Assembly (NCBI RefSeq): GCF_046119375.1
Contig: NW_027362769.1
Span: 360,096,001 to 360,160,000 of the forward strand
DNA: 64,000 nt
Direction of reading: 5' to 3'
Source: Phyllobates terribilis
Lineage: Eukaryota
Part shown: positions 1 to 12,425 of the stretch, piece after piece
Layout: each line of letters begins with the position of its first letter
Position numbering within the stretch: the stretch's first letter is position 1
Position numbers and translations under genes: made by a program
The notes under the pieces: generated by a model
The model's database searches: none
What the model saw: the letters and a program-made list of their open reading frames with translations, nothing else
What the model was told of the DNA's origin: nothing

Positions 1-632
1 AGTCTTCATGTAATGTTTGGCCCACTGGAGCCGTTTCTGCTTGTGTGAAGTGGATAGAGGAGGTCGACAGGATGGCGTATGCACAGCTGCAAACCTCTGA
101 AGGACCCTGCATCTTGTTGTTCGGGGGACGTTGGAGGCACCAGCAGCTTCAAAAACTTGTCTGCTGCTATGACAAGGCTTTCTTGCCGCTGCTCTTTTAA
201 CCTGACGTAATTGCCTGTAGGAAAGAGTCCTCAATTTGCCCTTATCAGCAAGCACACGTGTGTACTGTGAATCAGCTACATACTTCTTGATTGCCAAGAC
301 ACTTCATCCTGATCATCGCACAATGTTGATTGTAGTCATGCCTTGACCTAAACACTCCACAATTTGTTGCTTCTCAGCAGCCGACACATCCTTTTTCTTT
401 CCCATTTTGGCAGAAAATGTAGGCTGCTTAATAATGTGAGAGAGCCTTCTTAAGTAGTCTTGCCTTTCATTGGACACACCTGCCAAACTAATTAGCACAG
501 GTGTCTGCAATTGCTTACAGTGATATAAAGAGCCCTGACACACATCACCATCAATGAGTTTAACTGACAAACAAACAAATTCTTCCCTTATCACTCCTAA
601 ACACTTTTTGCATAATAATTTGGAACGCGGTG
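1..632 (-). mobile_element. Tc1/mariner remnant (5' end and terminal repeat)
   Basis: Minus strand starts TA|CACCGCGTTCCAAATTATTATGCA (TA at 633-634). Transposase start MGKKKDVSAAEKQQIVECL is followed by a premature stop. Duplicate of 25035-25666. Confidence 0.85.
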
Positions 633-703
633 TACATGTGCTTTTCCACAAAACACCAGTGGTTCACGTAGTGACTCTTACAGTTCTAACTTGCCAACCG
701 TGG

Positions 704-2530
704 TCTGTATGGAATTGTTCAATAAAGGGCCCAAAATTAAGATAACATAGATGGGAGAGGTCTCTATGAATAGGAATTCCTAAGTATTTGATACCCTGTG
801 AGGGCCAGGCAAAGGGAAAGTTGGACTGGATGGAATCCTATATGGATTTAGGGAGGGAGACATCGAGGGCCTCAGACTTCGCTGCATTGATTTTAAAATT
901 TTACCATGTAACAAAGTGATCTATTTCAGCCATAACAGCAGGGATGGATATATGTGATTGAGTGATATATACTAGGACATCATCAGCAAATAGAGAGCAC
1001 TTGTACTCGGTGCCTCCCACCTCAATCCACCTAATATTGGGGTTATGGCGAATTGATGAAAGCAGGTGCTCCGTCACTAGGATGTATAAGAGAGGGGACA
1101 GAGGACATCCATGCCTTGTCCCATTGGTGATTGTGAAAGGTGATGAAAATGTTCTGACGCACCCCCTGGGCCTTGGGACACCCGGAGCCGGACCCTTTTT
1201 GGTGGATGCTGGTGGTTGTAGTCTTCATGGCGGCGACCCGGTTCCGTGGCTCAGGGCGGTCAAACCAGTGGCGGAACTATTTATGTGGTTTTGATGTTTA
1301 AATGTCCGACTACGCCACCCGTGGTTTGCGGTCAGTGTGAACCGCCGCTACAGGGCAGACCGCTGAGGCTGGTGTTGTGGGTGCAGAAGAGCGTAGCATA
1401 ACTCCCCACGGGAGGAGTATAGCCTCAGGGCAGTGTATGCGGAGGATGGGGGTGATGGTGCAGGGCAGCAGCAGTAACGACACGGAGTCAGTGATGCAGT
1501 CCAGGGCCTTTACTCACAGTTCTTATTATCCAGACCACGTCTGCAGGTAACGGCTGCCCACGTCGTACTGTGCTCACCAGGTGAGGGGCTCAGACAACTC
1601 CCAGATAACTTTGGAGCACTTCACAGGACCCCCTTTGTGTGTCCTTTGTCTGGCCTTTCTTACCAACACTTCTGTCCGGCTGCCTCGGGCCTCCTCTTGG
1701 TAAACTTGGCGCCAGTTTCCCTGACCCTATGTGGTGCCTTCCTAGCGGGTGTAGCGAGGGGCTGCGCCACATAAAATGTCAGAGCCTCCGGTTTCTAGCT
1801 GAGGGTCGTTTCCTGCCTCCACTAGTTCGGGGACCGGTCTCCCCCTTTGGCCTGACCCCTCCACGCAGGTGGATTCGGGCGTGCGGTGGCGACTCGCCCG
1901 TCCGCACCCCTGGGATCCCTTCATTCCTCGTTCCTGGAGCCTTCTCTGCTCCTCTTCCTTCCTTCTCCCTCTTCCAGGCCTGGCCCTCTGTTACTAGGCC
2001 CGCCTCCGGAGCAGAGCTCATGCAGAGCCCCTGCTCCCTGCCACTTCTGCTCAGACTTCTCTGCACTGAACTAAGATGGTGCCCACCTTTTATACTCCCT
2101 TCTCAATGCACCCAGGAACTGCTTCCTCCCTGCTCCTGCACTACAGGGTTCCCCTTCCTCAGTGTTCCCTCCCCCCACTCCAGCCAGGGACAGGGACTGT
2201 CGTGCCCATCTCAGGGGCATATTGGTCGCCCTGCCCCACGGCAATGTGGTGTAATGCATGCAGGTGTCGGGTCCTGATCCACACTCCATCCTTACCTGAG
2301 AGTGAGATATCACACCTCTGGGTGAGGTGCAATACGTCTGTAGCAACCGAGCCCTCAGGGTGCTACAGTTCCATTTATCTTCAGCCTAGGTGACGTATTG
2401 CGATACAGGGCCGTGATTTTGGCTATAAAAGGGTCCCCTAGACCCCTACCCCAAGCTTTTTAAGAGAATCATATATGGCGTGCCAGGAGACTCTATGGAA
2501 TGCTTTCTCAGCATCCAACGAGAGTATCTA
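704..2530 (-). pseudogene. L1/Tx1-type reverse transcriptase fragment, split by a solo LTR
   Basis: Minus-strand motifs SLDAEKAFHRVSW (about 2480-2525) and PRLKING|TFSSPFTITNGTRQGCPLSPLLY...LFADDVLVY (continuing below 1155). The frame rejoins when 1155-2367 and one GTTC are removed. Confidence 0.85.
1155..2367 (-). mobile_element. Solo LTR (gypsy-like by 4-bp TSD)
   Basis: TG...CA ends with a 4-bp duplication GTTC (1151-1154 / 2368-2371). Its minus-strand start TGTAGCACCCTGAGGG resembles the start of the LTR at 8727. Confidence 0.75.
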
Positions 2531-2781
2531 ATTACAAATTTTTAACTGCATCTAGCCCAGGAAATACTTTGTGCCTAGTAGCAGTGTCTGCTAGTCAGCG
2601 GATTATACCGGCTGTTAAGCAAGCTACACCACCTGTAGTTTAGACACTTAATTTTTTCAAAGGAAATGCTTCGGGACCATGGGATACTTAGTGAAGAGCA
2701 TCAGGAGGCACCCCAAGGCATAGGGGCTGGGACTGGCAGTAGGATGCCTTGCGGTGGACAGCCGAGCTCGATCCTTATAAA

Positions 2782-2905
2782 AGCTTTTTAACTGCAGCAG
2801 CTTTAGGGAACGCTACTGGAGCTGGAATTACCGCGGCTGCTGGCATGAGACTTGCCCTCCAATAGATCCTTGTAAATGGATTTAAAGTGTATTCATTCAA
2901 ATTAG
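2782..2905 (-). pseudogene. Decayed 18S rRNA fragment (530-loop region) inside the hAT element
   Basis: Reverse complement contains ATTGGAGGGCAAGTCTCATGCCAGCAGCCGCGGTAATTCCAGCTCCAGTAGCG...GCTGCAGTTAAAAAGCT, roughly 85% similar by eye to vertebrate 18S recalled from memory. No flanking rDNA. Confidence 0.9.
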
Positions 2906-3410
2906 AGAGACAATTTAAATTAAAAAGCTTAGAGCTGCCTCCACCACAGGGGGGCTCGCTCGACCCACCAGTGGACAGGCACCAGTATTGGGAGAGGGGG
3001 ACTGGCCGTCAGGGTTCACCGCGGCTCTGGCACAAACCCGGCGACACGGAGGTGGCACGGGCAGGAGCGGACTGGCCGTGTCGGCTTCTCACTTTTTGGA
3101 TTTTAGAAGGGCATGACATGCCTATATCTGTGTCTCCCCCTCCTTTTACTCCTCCACCTCTTTTATTTTCGCATGACTATATGTACTTTTCACTTTTCCA
3201 TGTGTTAGTTATGTCTTCTAAGCAGTTTGTCAGCTTTTGGACACCTTTGAAGGTGTTTTCTATGTGTTTCTATGTGTTTTTGTTTGCCTGCCATTGGTTT
3301 TAACGGTGTTCGAAGGTGTTCGACGAACAGTTCGACGAACAGTTCGGCGAACACACGGGTGTTCGACGAACCGAACCGAACTCGAACACTACGGGGGTGG
3401 CTCAACACTA

Positions 3411-6400
3411 ATAGGGACATCAGACCGCCCTTACTATTCTTAAAAGGCCAGCAGTTGGCCCTCGCTATTGTTAGAGAGCCGTCAGGTGGCTATGCGTTGT
3501 TGTTCCCATTATTACCAAGTGGGTCTCCTATACTGTTGTTGCGTATCCAGTGACTGCAAGGGCTGCCAAAAATTTGGACGCAATCCAATACCCCTTTGAA
3601 GAGACATAGAGGAGGGTCTCAGTAAAAAAATGTTCCCATTATAAAGGAGCGGGTCTCCTATAGTGGTAATGCCCATGCTGTGACTGCAAGGGCTGCCAAA
3701 ATTTGGGAAAAAACCCTCTAAGAATTTAAAGACACATAGAACAGGGCCACAGTAACGACACATTCCATTTAGATAGGAGAGAGTCTGCTATACAGTTATA
3801 GGTTATGCAGTGAGTCCAATGGCTGACCAATTGTAGGATAAACCCCACTAAGAATTTAAAGACACATAGAGCAGGGCCACAGTAACAAGGTACGACATGT
3901 ATCCATTAGAAAGGAGAGGGTGTGCTATACAGTTATAGGGTATGCAGTGAGTCCAACGGCTGACCAATTTTAAGAAAAAACCCACTAAGAATTTAAAGAC
4001 ACATAGAGCAGTGCCACAGTAATGACAAATTCTCATTAGAAAGGAGAGAGTCTCCCATAGTGTTGGCCTATGCAGTGAATGCAAGGGCTGCCAAAAATTT
4101 GGAGGCACTTCAATGCCCCTTGGAAGAGACGTGGAGGAGGGCCTCATAAAAAAAATGTTCCCTTTAAAATGAAGTGGGCCTCCTATACTTATAATGCCCA
4201 TGCACTAAGTGTATGAGCTGACAAACATTTACCCCTGGGGGGTACACATGAACATACTGTATACATTTTTTTTTTTTTACGGGCATCATAAACACACTTT
4301 AAAAAAATTATGTGGGTGATGCATCACGGACCACGGTCACCCTGGTGATATGGTGGTGGAGGATGAGGATGAAGAGAAGGACAAGAGCAAATAGCCAAAA
4401 TCAGGAAGCGTATACCAATGTGTGGGAAAAGGTGCATGGGAATACACCTCCCAAGAAAAGACACTGGATTTGAGTTTATGTTACGCTGCTATCATTCGGT
4501 GGCGTAGAGTAGTCTTGCCCAATCCATCCCTTGTTTATTTTTATAAGAGTCAACATGTCAGCATTTTCAGTTGACAGGCGGATGCACTTATCAGTTATAA
4601 TTCCACCAGCGGCACTAAAAACCCACTCTGATAAAACGCTGGCGGCAGGGCAGGCCAGGACCTCCAAGGCATAGAGAGCCAGTTCATTCCACGTATCCAG
4701 CTTGGATACCCAATAATTATAAGGCACAGCGGAATCATGGAGGACGTTGGTACGGTCGGCAAGGTACTCCCTCAGCATCTTGCCAAACTTTGCACTCCTT
4801 GTGAGAGTACCCCGCACCTCAGGGCCTGTGCGATGGGAGGGTCTGAGAAAACTCTCCGAGAATTTTGACAGTGTTCCCTGGCCTCTGCTGGATAGGAGTT
4901 GTGTCTCTCTCGCCTGTACTCCTTCGTTGTCCAGCAAAATTTTTTTAATAGTTCCGCAACTAGTGCCTTCTGGTACTGCCCCATTTTTGTAGTCCTGTCC
5001 GCCTCAGGAATAAAAGATATAAAGTTCTCCTTGTAGCGTGGGTCTAGAAGTGTCACCAACCAGTAATGACTGTCACCCAAAATTTTGAGAACGCGAGGGT
5101 CATGGGAAAGGCAGTATAACATAAACTCAGTCATGTGTGCCAGACTACTAACAGGCAAGACTTCCATGTCCTCACCAAGAGGAAGACTGACCATGCTCTC
5201 CTCCTCCTCCTCCTCCTCTCTGTCCTCTGGCCATCCACGCTGAACAGACGGTATTACAGCTGTGCAGGTAGTACAGTCAAGTGCATGAAACTAGCTCCTG
5301 TCCTTCCTCCTCCTCCTCTTCCTCATTGTCACCCAATCCATGTTGGGATGAGATGAGGCTTGGCTGTGTGTAATCACCCTTTATGGTTCCTTGCTCCATC
5401 TCATCGTGCTCTGCCTGCAATGCATCCTCTTTGATTGTGAGCAGAGAGCGCTTCAGAAGACAGAGCAGCGGGATTGTGATGCCAATTATGGCGTCATCGC
5501 CGCTCACCATCTTGGTGGCATCCTCAAAGTTTTGGAGAATTGTACATATGTCTGACATCCATGTCCACTCCTGATATCTTATCTGTGGAGTCTGTACTGA
5601 ATACCGACGGCCTTGTTGATGCTGGTACTCAACAACTGCACTCTTCTGCTCACAAATCCTTCCCAACATCTGCAGTGTAGAGTTACAATGCGTGGGGACA
5701 TCACACACCAGTCTGTGAGCCGGAAGCTGCAAATCCTGCTGAAGCACGGCAAGGGCGGCGGAAGATGTAGCTGACTTTCTAAAATGGGAACACAGGCAGC
5801 ATACTTTGACAAGGAGATCAGGTTGCTCAGGGTAGGATTTGAGAAACCGCTGAACCACGAGGTTAAGCACATGGGCCAGGCATGGTACGTGTGTGAGTTC
5901 GCCTCTCCTCAGATCCGCCACCAGGTTCTGCCAATCTTCACAAACGACCATGCCTGGCTGTAGGTACAGCGATGTGAGTTACAGAATTGCCTGCTCTTTC
6001 AGAGCTGTCCACAACTCTTCAGAATTGTGCGGTTTGTCACCTAAGCATATTAGCTTCAACACAGCCTGTTACCGCTTGGCCGAGGCAGTGCTGCAGTGCT
6101 TCCAGGTTGTGATTGTGACTGATGTGGTAATTTCGGAGATGGAGGCTGAGGTGCATTAGCTGTAGACTGTGGGGGGCAACCCTGAATAATCTAGGACCCG
6201 CGATCCTTGGCGTCGGGAGGACTTGTTCCGTCCCAAGGTCTGACTGGGTCCCGGCTTCCACTATGTAAACCCAGTGTGCTGTCAGCGAGATGTACCGTCC
6301 TTGCCCACAAGCCCTTGTCCACGATTCCGTGGTTAGGTGGACTTTCCTGGTAACTGGGTTGTTGAGGGCACGGCTAATGTTTTGGGACACGTGCTTGTGT

Positions 6401-6549
6401 AATGCGGGGACGGCACACCAGGAGAAATAGTGGCGGATGGAGACCGAGTACCGAGGAACGGCCGCCGCCATCAGGTTGAAGAATGCTTCCGTCTCAACGA
6501 GCCTAAAAGACAACATTTCTAGCTCAAGCAGTCGCAAAATGTGGGACAT
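3411..6549 (-). mobile_element. Decayed hAT element family B, left arm (transposase remnant 4476-6549 plus 3' subterminal region)
   Basis: Frameshifted minus-strand ORFs with VHLTTESWT..GQGRYISLTAHWV, PCLAHVLNL, CDVPTHCNST and CPAASVLSEWVFSAAG. Confidence 0.9.
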
Positions 6550-9500
6550 TACACAAGCACGTGTCCCAAAACATTAGCCGGGCCCTAAACAACGTAGTTA
6601 CCGGGAAAGTCCACCTAACCACGGACACGTGGACAAGTGCTTGTGGGCAGGGACGGTACATCTCGCTGACGGCACACTGAGTTAACATAGTGGAAGTCGT
6701 GACCCAGTCGGACCTTCGAACAGAACACGTCCTTCCAACGCCAAGAATTGCGGGCCCTAAGTCAATCAGAGTTGCCACCACAGTCTACAGCTCCTGCACC
6801 TTATCCTCCTCAGCCTCCTCCTCCTCTTCATCCTCCATCTTCGAAATGACCACATCAGTCACAAGCTGGAAGCACTGCAGCACTGCCTCGGCCAAGCGGC
6901 AACAGGCTGTGCTGAAACCAATATGCTTAGGTGACAAACCGCACAATGCTGAAGAGTTGCGGACAGCTCTTAAAAGCAGGCAGATCAGTGGCTTACACCG
7001 CTGAACCTACAGCCAGGCATGGTCGTGTATGAAATTGGCCGGAACCTAGTGACGGCTCACACACATATCCTGCCTGGCCCATGTGCTTAACCTCGTGGTT
7101 CAGCAGTTTCTCAAATCCTACCTGGAGCTGCCGGATCTGCTTGCTAAAGTATGCCACCTGTGTATCCATTTTAGAAAGTCACCTACAGCTTTCACCGCCC
7201 TTGCCGTGCTTCAGCAGTGTTTGCAACTTCTGGCTCACAGACTGGTGTGTGATGTCCCCACGCATTGGAACGCTACACTGCAGATGTTGGGAAGGATTTG
7301 TGAGCAGAAGAGGGCATTTTTTGAGTACCAGCATCATCAAGGCCGTCGGTATGATGTTCAGACTCCACACATAAGACCTCAGGAGTGGACACGGATGTCA
7401 GACATATGTACCGCCTTCCAAAACTTTGAGGACTCCACCAAGGTGGTGAGCGGCGATGACGCCATAATTACCGTCACCATCCCGCTTTCTGTCTTCTCTC
7501 ACAATCAGAGAGGATGCATTGCAGGTGGAGCACGATGAGATGGATCAAGGAACCATATAGGGTGATTATACACAGCCCAGCCTCATCTCATCCCAACGTG
7601 GATTGGGTGACAATGAGGGAGAGGAGGAGGAGGAGGTAGAACTGGAGCTAGTTTTATGCACTATAGATGGTACTACCAACACAACTGTCATACCGTCTGT
7701 TCAGCGTGGATGGCCTGAGGACAGAGAGGAGGAGGAGGATAGCTTGGTCAGTTGTCGTCTTGGAGAGGACATGGAAGTCTTGCCTGTTATCAGTATGGTA
7801 CACAAGGCTGAGTTTATGTTACGCTGCCTTTCCTGTGACCCTCAGGTTCTCAAAATTTTGGGTGACAGTCATTACTGGTTGGTGACACTGCTAGACCCAC
7901 GCTACAAGGAGAACTTTATATCTCTTATTCCTGAGGCGGACAGGTCTACTAAAATGGGGCTGTACCAGAAGGCCCTTGTTGCGGAGCTATTTCAAAAACT
8001 CCCATCTGAAACCGCTGGCGGCAGAGGTCACAGTTTGTTGGACAACCAAGGAATACAGGCGAGAGAGACACAACTTCAATCCAGCAGAGGCCAGGGAACA
8101 CTGTCAAAGTTCTGAGAGAATTTTCACAGCCCCTCTCATCGCACAGGCCCTGAGGCGTGGGGTACTCTCACAAGGAGTGCAAAGTTTGGCCAGATGCTGA
8201 GGGAGTACCTTGCCAACCGTACCAACGTCCTCCGTGATTCCTCTGTGCCTTATAATTATTGGGTATTCAAGCTGGATACGTGGAATGAACTGGCTCTCTA
8301 TGCCTTGGAGGTCCTGGGCTACCTTGCCGCTAGCGTTTTATCAGAGCGGGTTTTTAGTGCCGCTGGTGGAATTATAACTGATAAGTGCATCCGCCTGTTC
8401 ACTTAAAATGCTGCTGCTTTGTCTTAGCGGGTTTTTAGTGCCGCCGGTGCAATTATAACCGAAACTGAAAATGTTGACATGCTGACTCTTATAGAAATGA
8501 ACATGGGCTGGATTGGGCCCGACTTCTCAACAACACCAGATGATAGCAGCGTAACATAAACTGAAATCCAGTGTCTTTTTTGGGAATTGTATTCCCATGC
8601 ACCTTTTCACACCCACACATGGGTATATGCTTCCTGATTTTGGCTATTTGCTCTTGTCCTCCTCCTTCTCCTCATCCTCATCCTTCACCACCATATCACC
8701 AGGGTGACCGTGGTCCGTTATGCAACTATTGCGCCCCTGAGGGTTCAGTCGCCACAGGGGTACTGCACCTCAGTAGAGGTGTGGCATCTCCTCTTCCAGG
8801 TAAGGATGGAGCACTTCTCAGGACCCTACTTCACCATTCAATACTACACCACTCCTGTCCTGAGGGGGGCTTTAAGGCACCGGGGTGCTGACCCAGCCGG
8901 GATAGAGGAGATGAGGGGTACCAAAGATAGGGAGAACAATGTAGTGGGTGAGGGTGGAGGACACACTTTTAGGATGCACTAATGGCATCATATATAATCT
9001 TCAGCCATCTTAAGTTCAAGGTCTTTGATTGTGATCTTCATCACTGAACGTGGCTTTCTGTTAGAGCCTGCAGCTGATTGGAGATACACGGTCCTCATGC
9101 TCTGGCCTTGAGACGAGGAGCGGGCTAGAGTTAACCGCTGTCTCTACCCGGTCAATGTCCCTACTTAAGAAGGCCTGGAGGGGAGCGGAGGAGACAAGCT
9201 CCACAGGCAAAAGGATCCCAGGGGGATGTGGACGGAGCGGCATACGCCACCTGCTACCTTCATTCTGGCCTAGTCAGAGGGACTCCTGCTGCAAGAGGGG
9301 TGACCGGCCCCCGATATCTGACTGTGTACTTCACGTCACTTTTGGAAAATCCTGGCTGCTTAGTGGATCCCGGAGGGGGACACAAGCGGGAGGAGTAGGA
9401 GAAAGTGAGGGAGAAGGAGAGGAACACACCAACGGGGTCTTGACAGGTGCTTTTGATCTATCTGGAAAGTGCTGGACCCCCTTCCCGGTGGCCGCAGCAC

Positions 9501-11174
9501 GCCGCGAGGAGCAGAGGGAAGCTTTACAGCTAAAGTTCATCTTAATGTGAGTAAAAACACTGGATGACTTCACACCCCGCTTCAGCCTGTTATTTACTGC
9601 GCGGCACTGCACCCACCATTCCTTCCTCACACTGCCCTGAGGCTCGCTCTGCCTGCGGGGAGCCGTCCCATCTTAGCTGTCTGTAACACCGGCCTCAGTG
9701 GACTGAAACAGCGCTGGTGTCCATCACCGGAAACCGTAGGTGGCGTAGTTTAAATACCACTCAACCCTGAAAGACCATTACATCTTTTATGTGACCGCCC
9801 TGGGCACGGAACGGGACTAGGCCACGACTGCATCCCCCCCAACATCTGACCCGGCTCCGAGTAATCCCACTTCCCAGGGTGAGGGCTGTGAGCGTCACAA
9901 AACACCCACATAATTTTTGTTAAAGGGTGTTTATGATGCCCGTAAAAAAAAATTTATACAGTATGTTCATGTTTACCCCCCAGGGGTAAATGTTTGTCAG
10001 CCCATACACTTAGTTCATGGGCATTACAAGTATAAGAGACTAGCTCCTTTCTAATGGGAACATTTTTTTTTATGAGGCCCTCCTCCACGTCTCCTTCCAA
10101 GGGCATTGGAGTTCCTCCAAATTTTTGGAAACTCTTGCATTTACTGCATAGGCAAACACAATGGGAGACCCACTTCCTAATAATGGGAACATTGTTTTCA
10201 GGAGGCCCTCCTCTACATCTCTACCAAGGGGCATTGGAGTAGGTCCAAATTTTTGGCAGCCCTTGCTTTCACTGCATTGGCAAACAGTATAGGAGACCCA
10301 CTTCCTAATAATGGGAATATTGTTTTCAGGAGGCCCTCCTCTAAGTCTCTTCAAAGGGGTATTGGGGTGCGTCAAATTTTCAATGGGGTATTGGGGTGCG
10401 TCCACATTTTGGGCAGCCCTGCCACTCACTGCATATGCAATAACAGTTTAGGAGACCCACTCTTTAGAAATGGGAACAGCAAAGCATAGCCGGCTGATGG
10501 CTCTCTAAGAATAGTGAGGGCCGACTGCTGGCCCTTTAAGAATAGTAAAGGTCCACTGATGGCCCTATAAAAATAGGCTTTATGACTTTCAGAGTCCCCC
10601 TCCTTCATAAATGAAACAGGATGTGTCTGATCATGTCTCACACACCACATGGCCAGATAAGGTTGTAAAATGTTAAAATGACATTTCCCGATGAATGCAT
10701 TTGTCATGGTTGAAAGCAATGCAAAAGTGCAAAAACGCATGAAAAACGCTACGTGTGATCATAGCCCAAGGTGTGGAGAAGTATTTTTGGTTTTGGTTAT
10801 TTATTTTGCCTTGTATACAAGTCATTACCCTGGAAAGGATGTTCCTTAACATATTTCCCAGGAAAATCCATTTTGGTTTAGTTTTTGTATGTTTTCTTGT
10901 GAGTCCGTAAAAGTTGCGTAATACCTCTGACAACGTTGTTGACAGCAGTGACCTGGGAGTCCGAAATGCTGTTCCCATACCATTTGAACACTGTTCCCAT
11001 CGATGTGGGCAATTTTTAGGCCCTCTGTAGACTGCCGGGGGGAGCCGCCTGAAAAATGCTCGAGTTTCCCATAGACTTACATTGTGCTCGTTGCTCGGGT
11101 CGAGCACCCGAGTATTCCAATGTGCTCGACCCGAGCAGCAAGCAGCCGAGCATTTTAGTCCTACCCCATCAGTA
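6548..11174 (+). mobile_element. Decayed hAT element family B, right arm (transposase remnant about 6548-8559, 3' end near 11174)
   Basis: Plus-strand ORF pieces with LNLVVQQFL, CDVPTHWNATL, LLDPRYKE and SVLSERVFSAAG. Inverted homologue of 3411-6403. GCTCGGGTCGAGCACCCGAG subterminal repeats and a degenerate terminus CCCATCAGTA. Confidence 0.85.
8727..9899 (+). mobile_element. Solo LTR inserted in the hAT-B right arm
   Basis: Interrupts sequence that is continuous in the left arm (4270-4350 reverse complement). Ends TATTGCGC...GCGTCACA with an imperfect 4-bp duplication CAAC/AAAC. Confidence 0.7.
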
Positions 11175-11899
11175 GTGAGCTGTTATTAATAGGCTGGGAA
11201 GATCCATGGATAGTGACCCCATCCCGGCATAATAACACCAGACCCCAGCTGTCTGCTTTCCCTAAGCTGATTAAGAAAAATGAGGGGGACACCACACCAT
11301 TTTTTCTTTCTTTACTATGTAAATACATGTACAGTAAGCTACACACGTACTGCGCTAATTATATATCTCACTGACATCTTTCTTTCTATTCTATGCATAT
11401 ATCTATTCTATCTATTCTATTCTGACGGGTCACACTGTGCATATACACTCATGGTCTGTGTGACGATTTTTTTCTCGCACCCATTGCTTTGCATTGCTGA
11501 CTCTCGTCCGATATATTCGGCCACTCGCAGCAAGCAAGGATGAGCACATTATTGCAAGAAGATGACCAGGATGGGGCATTACTACAAGAAGGTTGTACTA
11601 TCCATTGCGGGCGCCCTCACATAGTTCCCCTGCACTCTTCATGAGGGACACTGACAAACTCACTACCCTGGTCATGGTAGTATCCTCACGCTCCTCTCCC
11701 CACTTCTCCTGAGCACACTACACTGCTCCCATGCTCTTAAAGGGGCAGCGTGCGCACCTGCAAAGATTCCCCCAGCCAACAGTTCGGAGGCATCTTGTAT
11801 AAAAGGCACTCTCCCCAATAAGGAGGTGCCTGAGCAACCCCTACAGTTACTTTGTGTTTGTGTGTGTTCAACTGTATGTTGACAGATATATACTGTACA

Positions 11900-12420
11900 C
11901 ATAGCTCCCAACCGTCCTGTTTTCGGCGGGACTGTCCCGCTTTGAGGGCTCAGTACCGCATCCCGTCACGGCTCAGCTGTTCTCCCGGCTGTGGAGGGTG
12001 GTGTTGCGGTGGTGGAGCAGCGGGCACAGGTAGTAGACAGCAGTCACAACTACCACGTGTGCCCCCTGCTAAACATAATGAATATTCACTCTTCTCCATG
12101 CCCATGGGAGTGGAGAGGAGTGAATATTCATTCTCTTTAGTAGCGATCACAGAGGATCGCGGAGTCGCAGCAGGAGCTGCGCTCGTGCTGAAAGTGCGCA
12201 CTAATAAGGAGAGTGACTATTCACTCCTGTCCACGCCCATAGTCCCAGTGTGGAGAGGAGTGAATATCCCCGCAACTCACCTTGGCATCTAATAGAGCAT
12301 GGCAGTGATGTCATGCGCTGCTCAGATACTGAGATCAGCTACTGACACACAGGACACAGCGCTGGAGCAGAGGGGAGGAAGGAAGGAGCGTAGAAGCGTT
12401 TATTTTTTTCATGTGTGCAG
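11900..12420 (+). mobile_element. Probable left end of a non-autonomous DNA transposon
   Basis: Starts CATAGCTCCCAACCGTCC...GGGACTGTCCCG, resembling CATACCTCCCAAC-type amphibian element ends (from memory). Internal hairpins ATATTCACTC...GAGTGAATAT near 12082-12128 and 12217-12267. No matching right end seen in the window. Confidence 0.45.
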
Positions 12421-12425
12421 TGATG

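Larger units (their letters stand above)
1..3410 (+). mobile_element. Right-hand part of a composite hAT element, copy 1 (left end lies upstream of the window)
   Basis: Colinear with 25035-28291 (offset 25034, then about 24881-24884 after a 150-bp indel). Ends in GTTCGA-rich subterminal repeats and GCTCAACACTA (3400-3410), as at 28281-28291, but with a different flank (ATAGGGAC). Confidence 0.9.

Noticed and set aside
2782-2905. Functional 18S rRNA gene
   Set aside because: Only about 124 bp, with substitutions in conserved positions and no surrounding rDNA.
11180-11560. Possible further DNA-transposon or MITE fragments
   Set aside because: They resemble common frog repeats, but no termini or TSD could be defined, so they are left unannotated.
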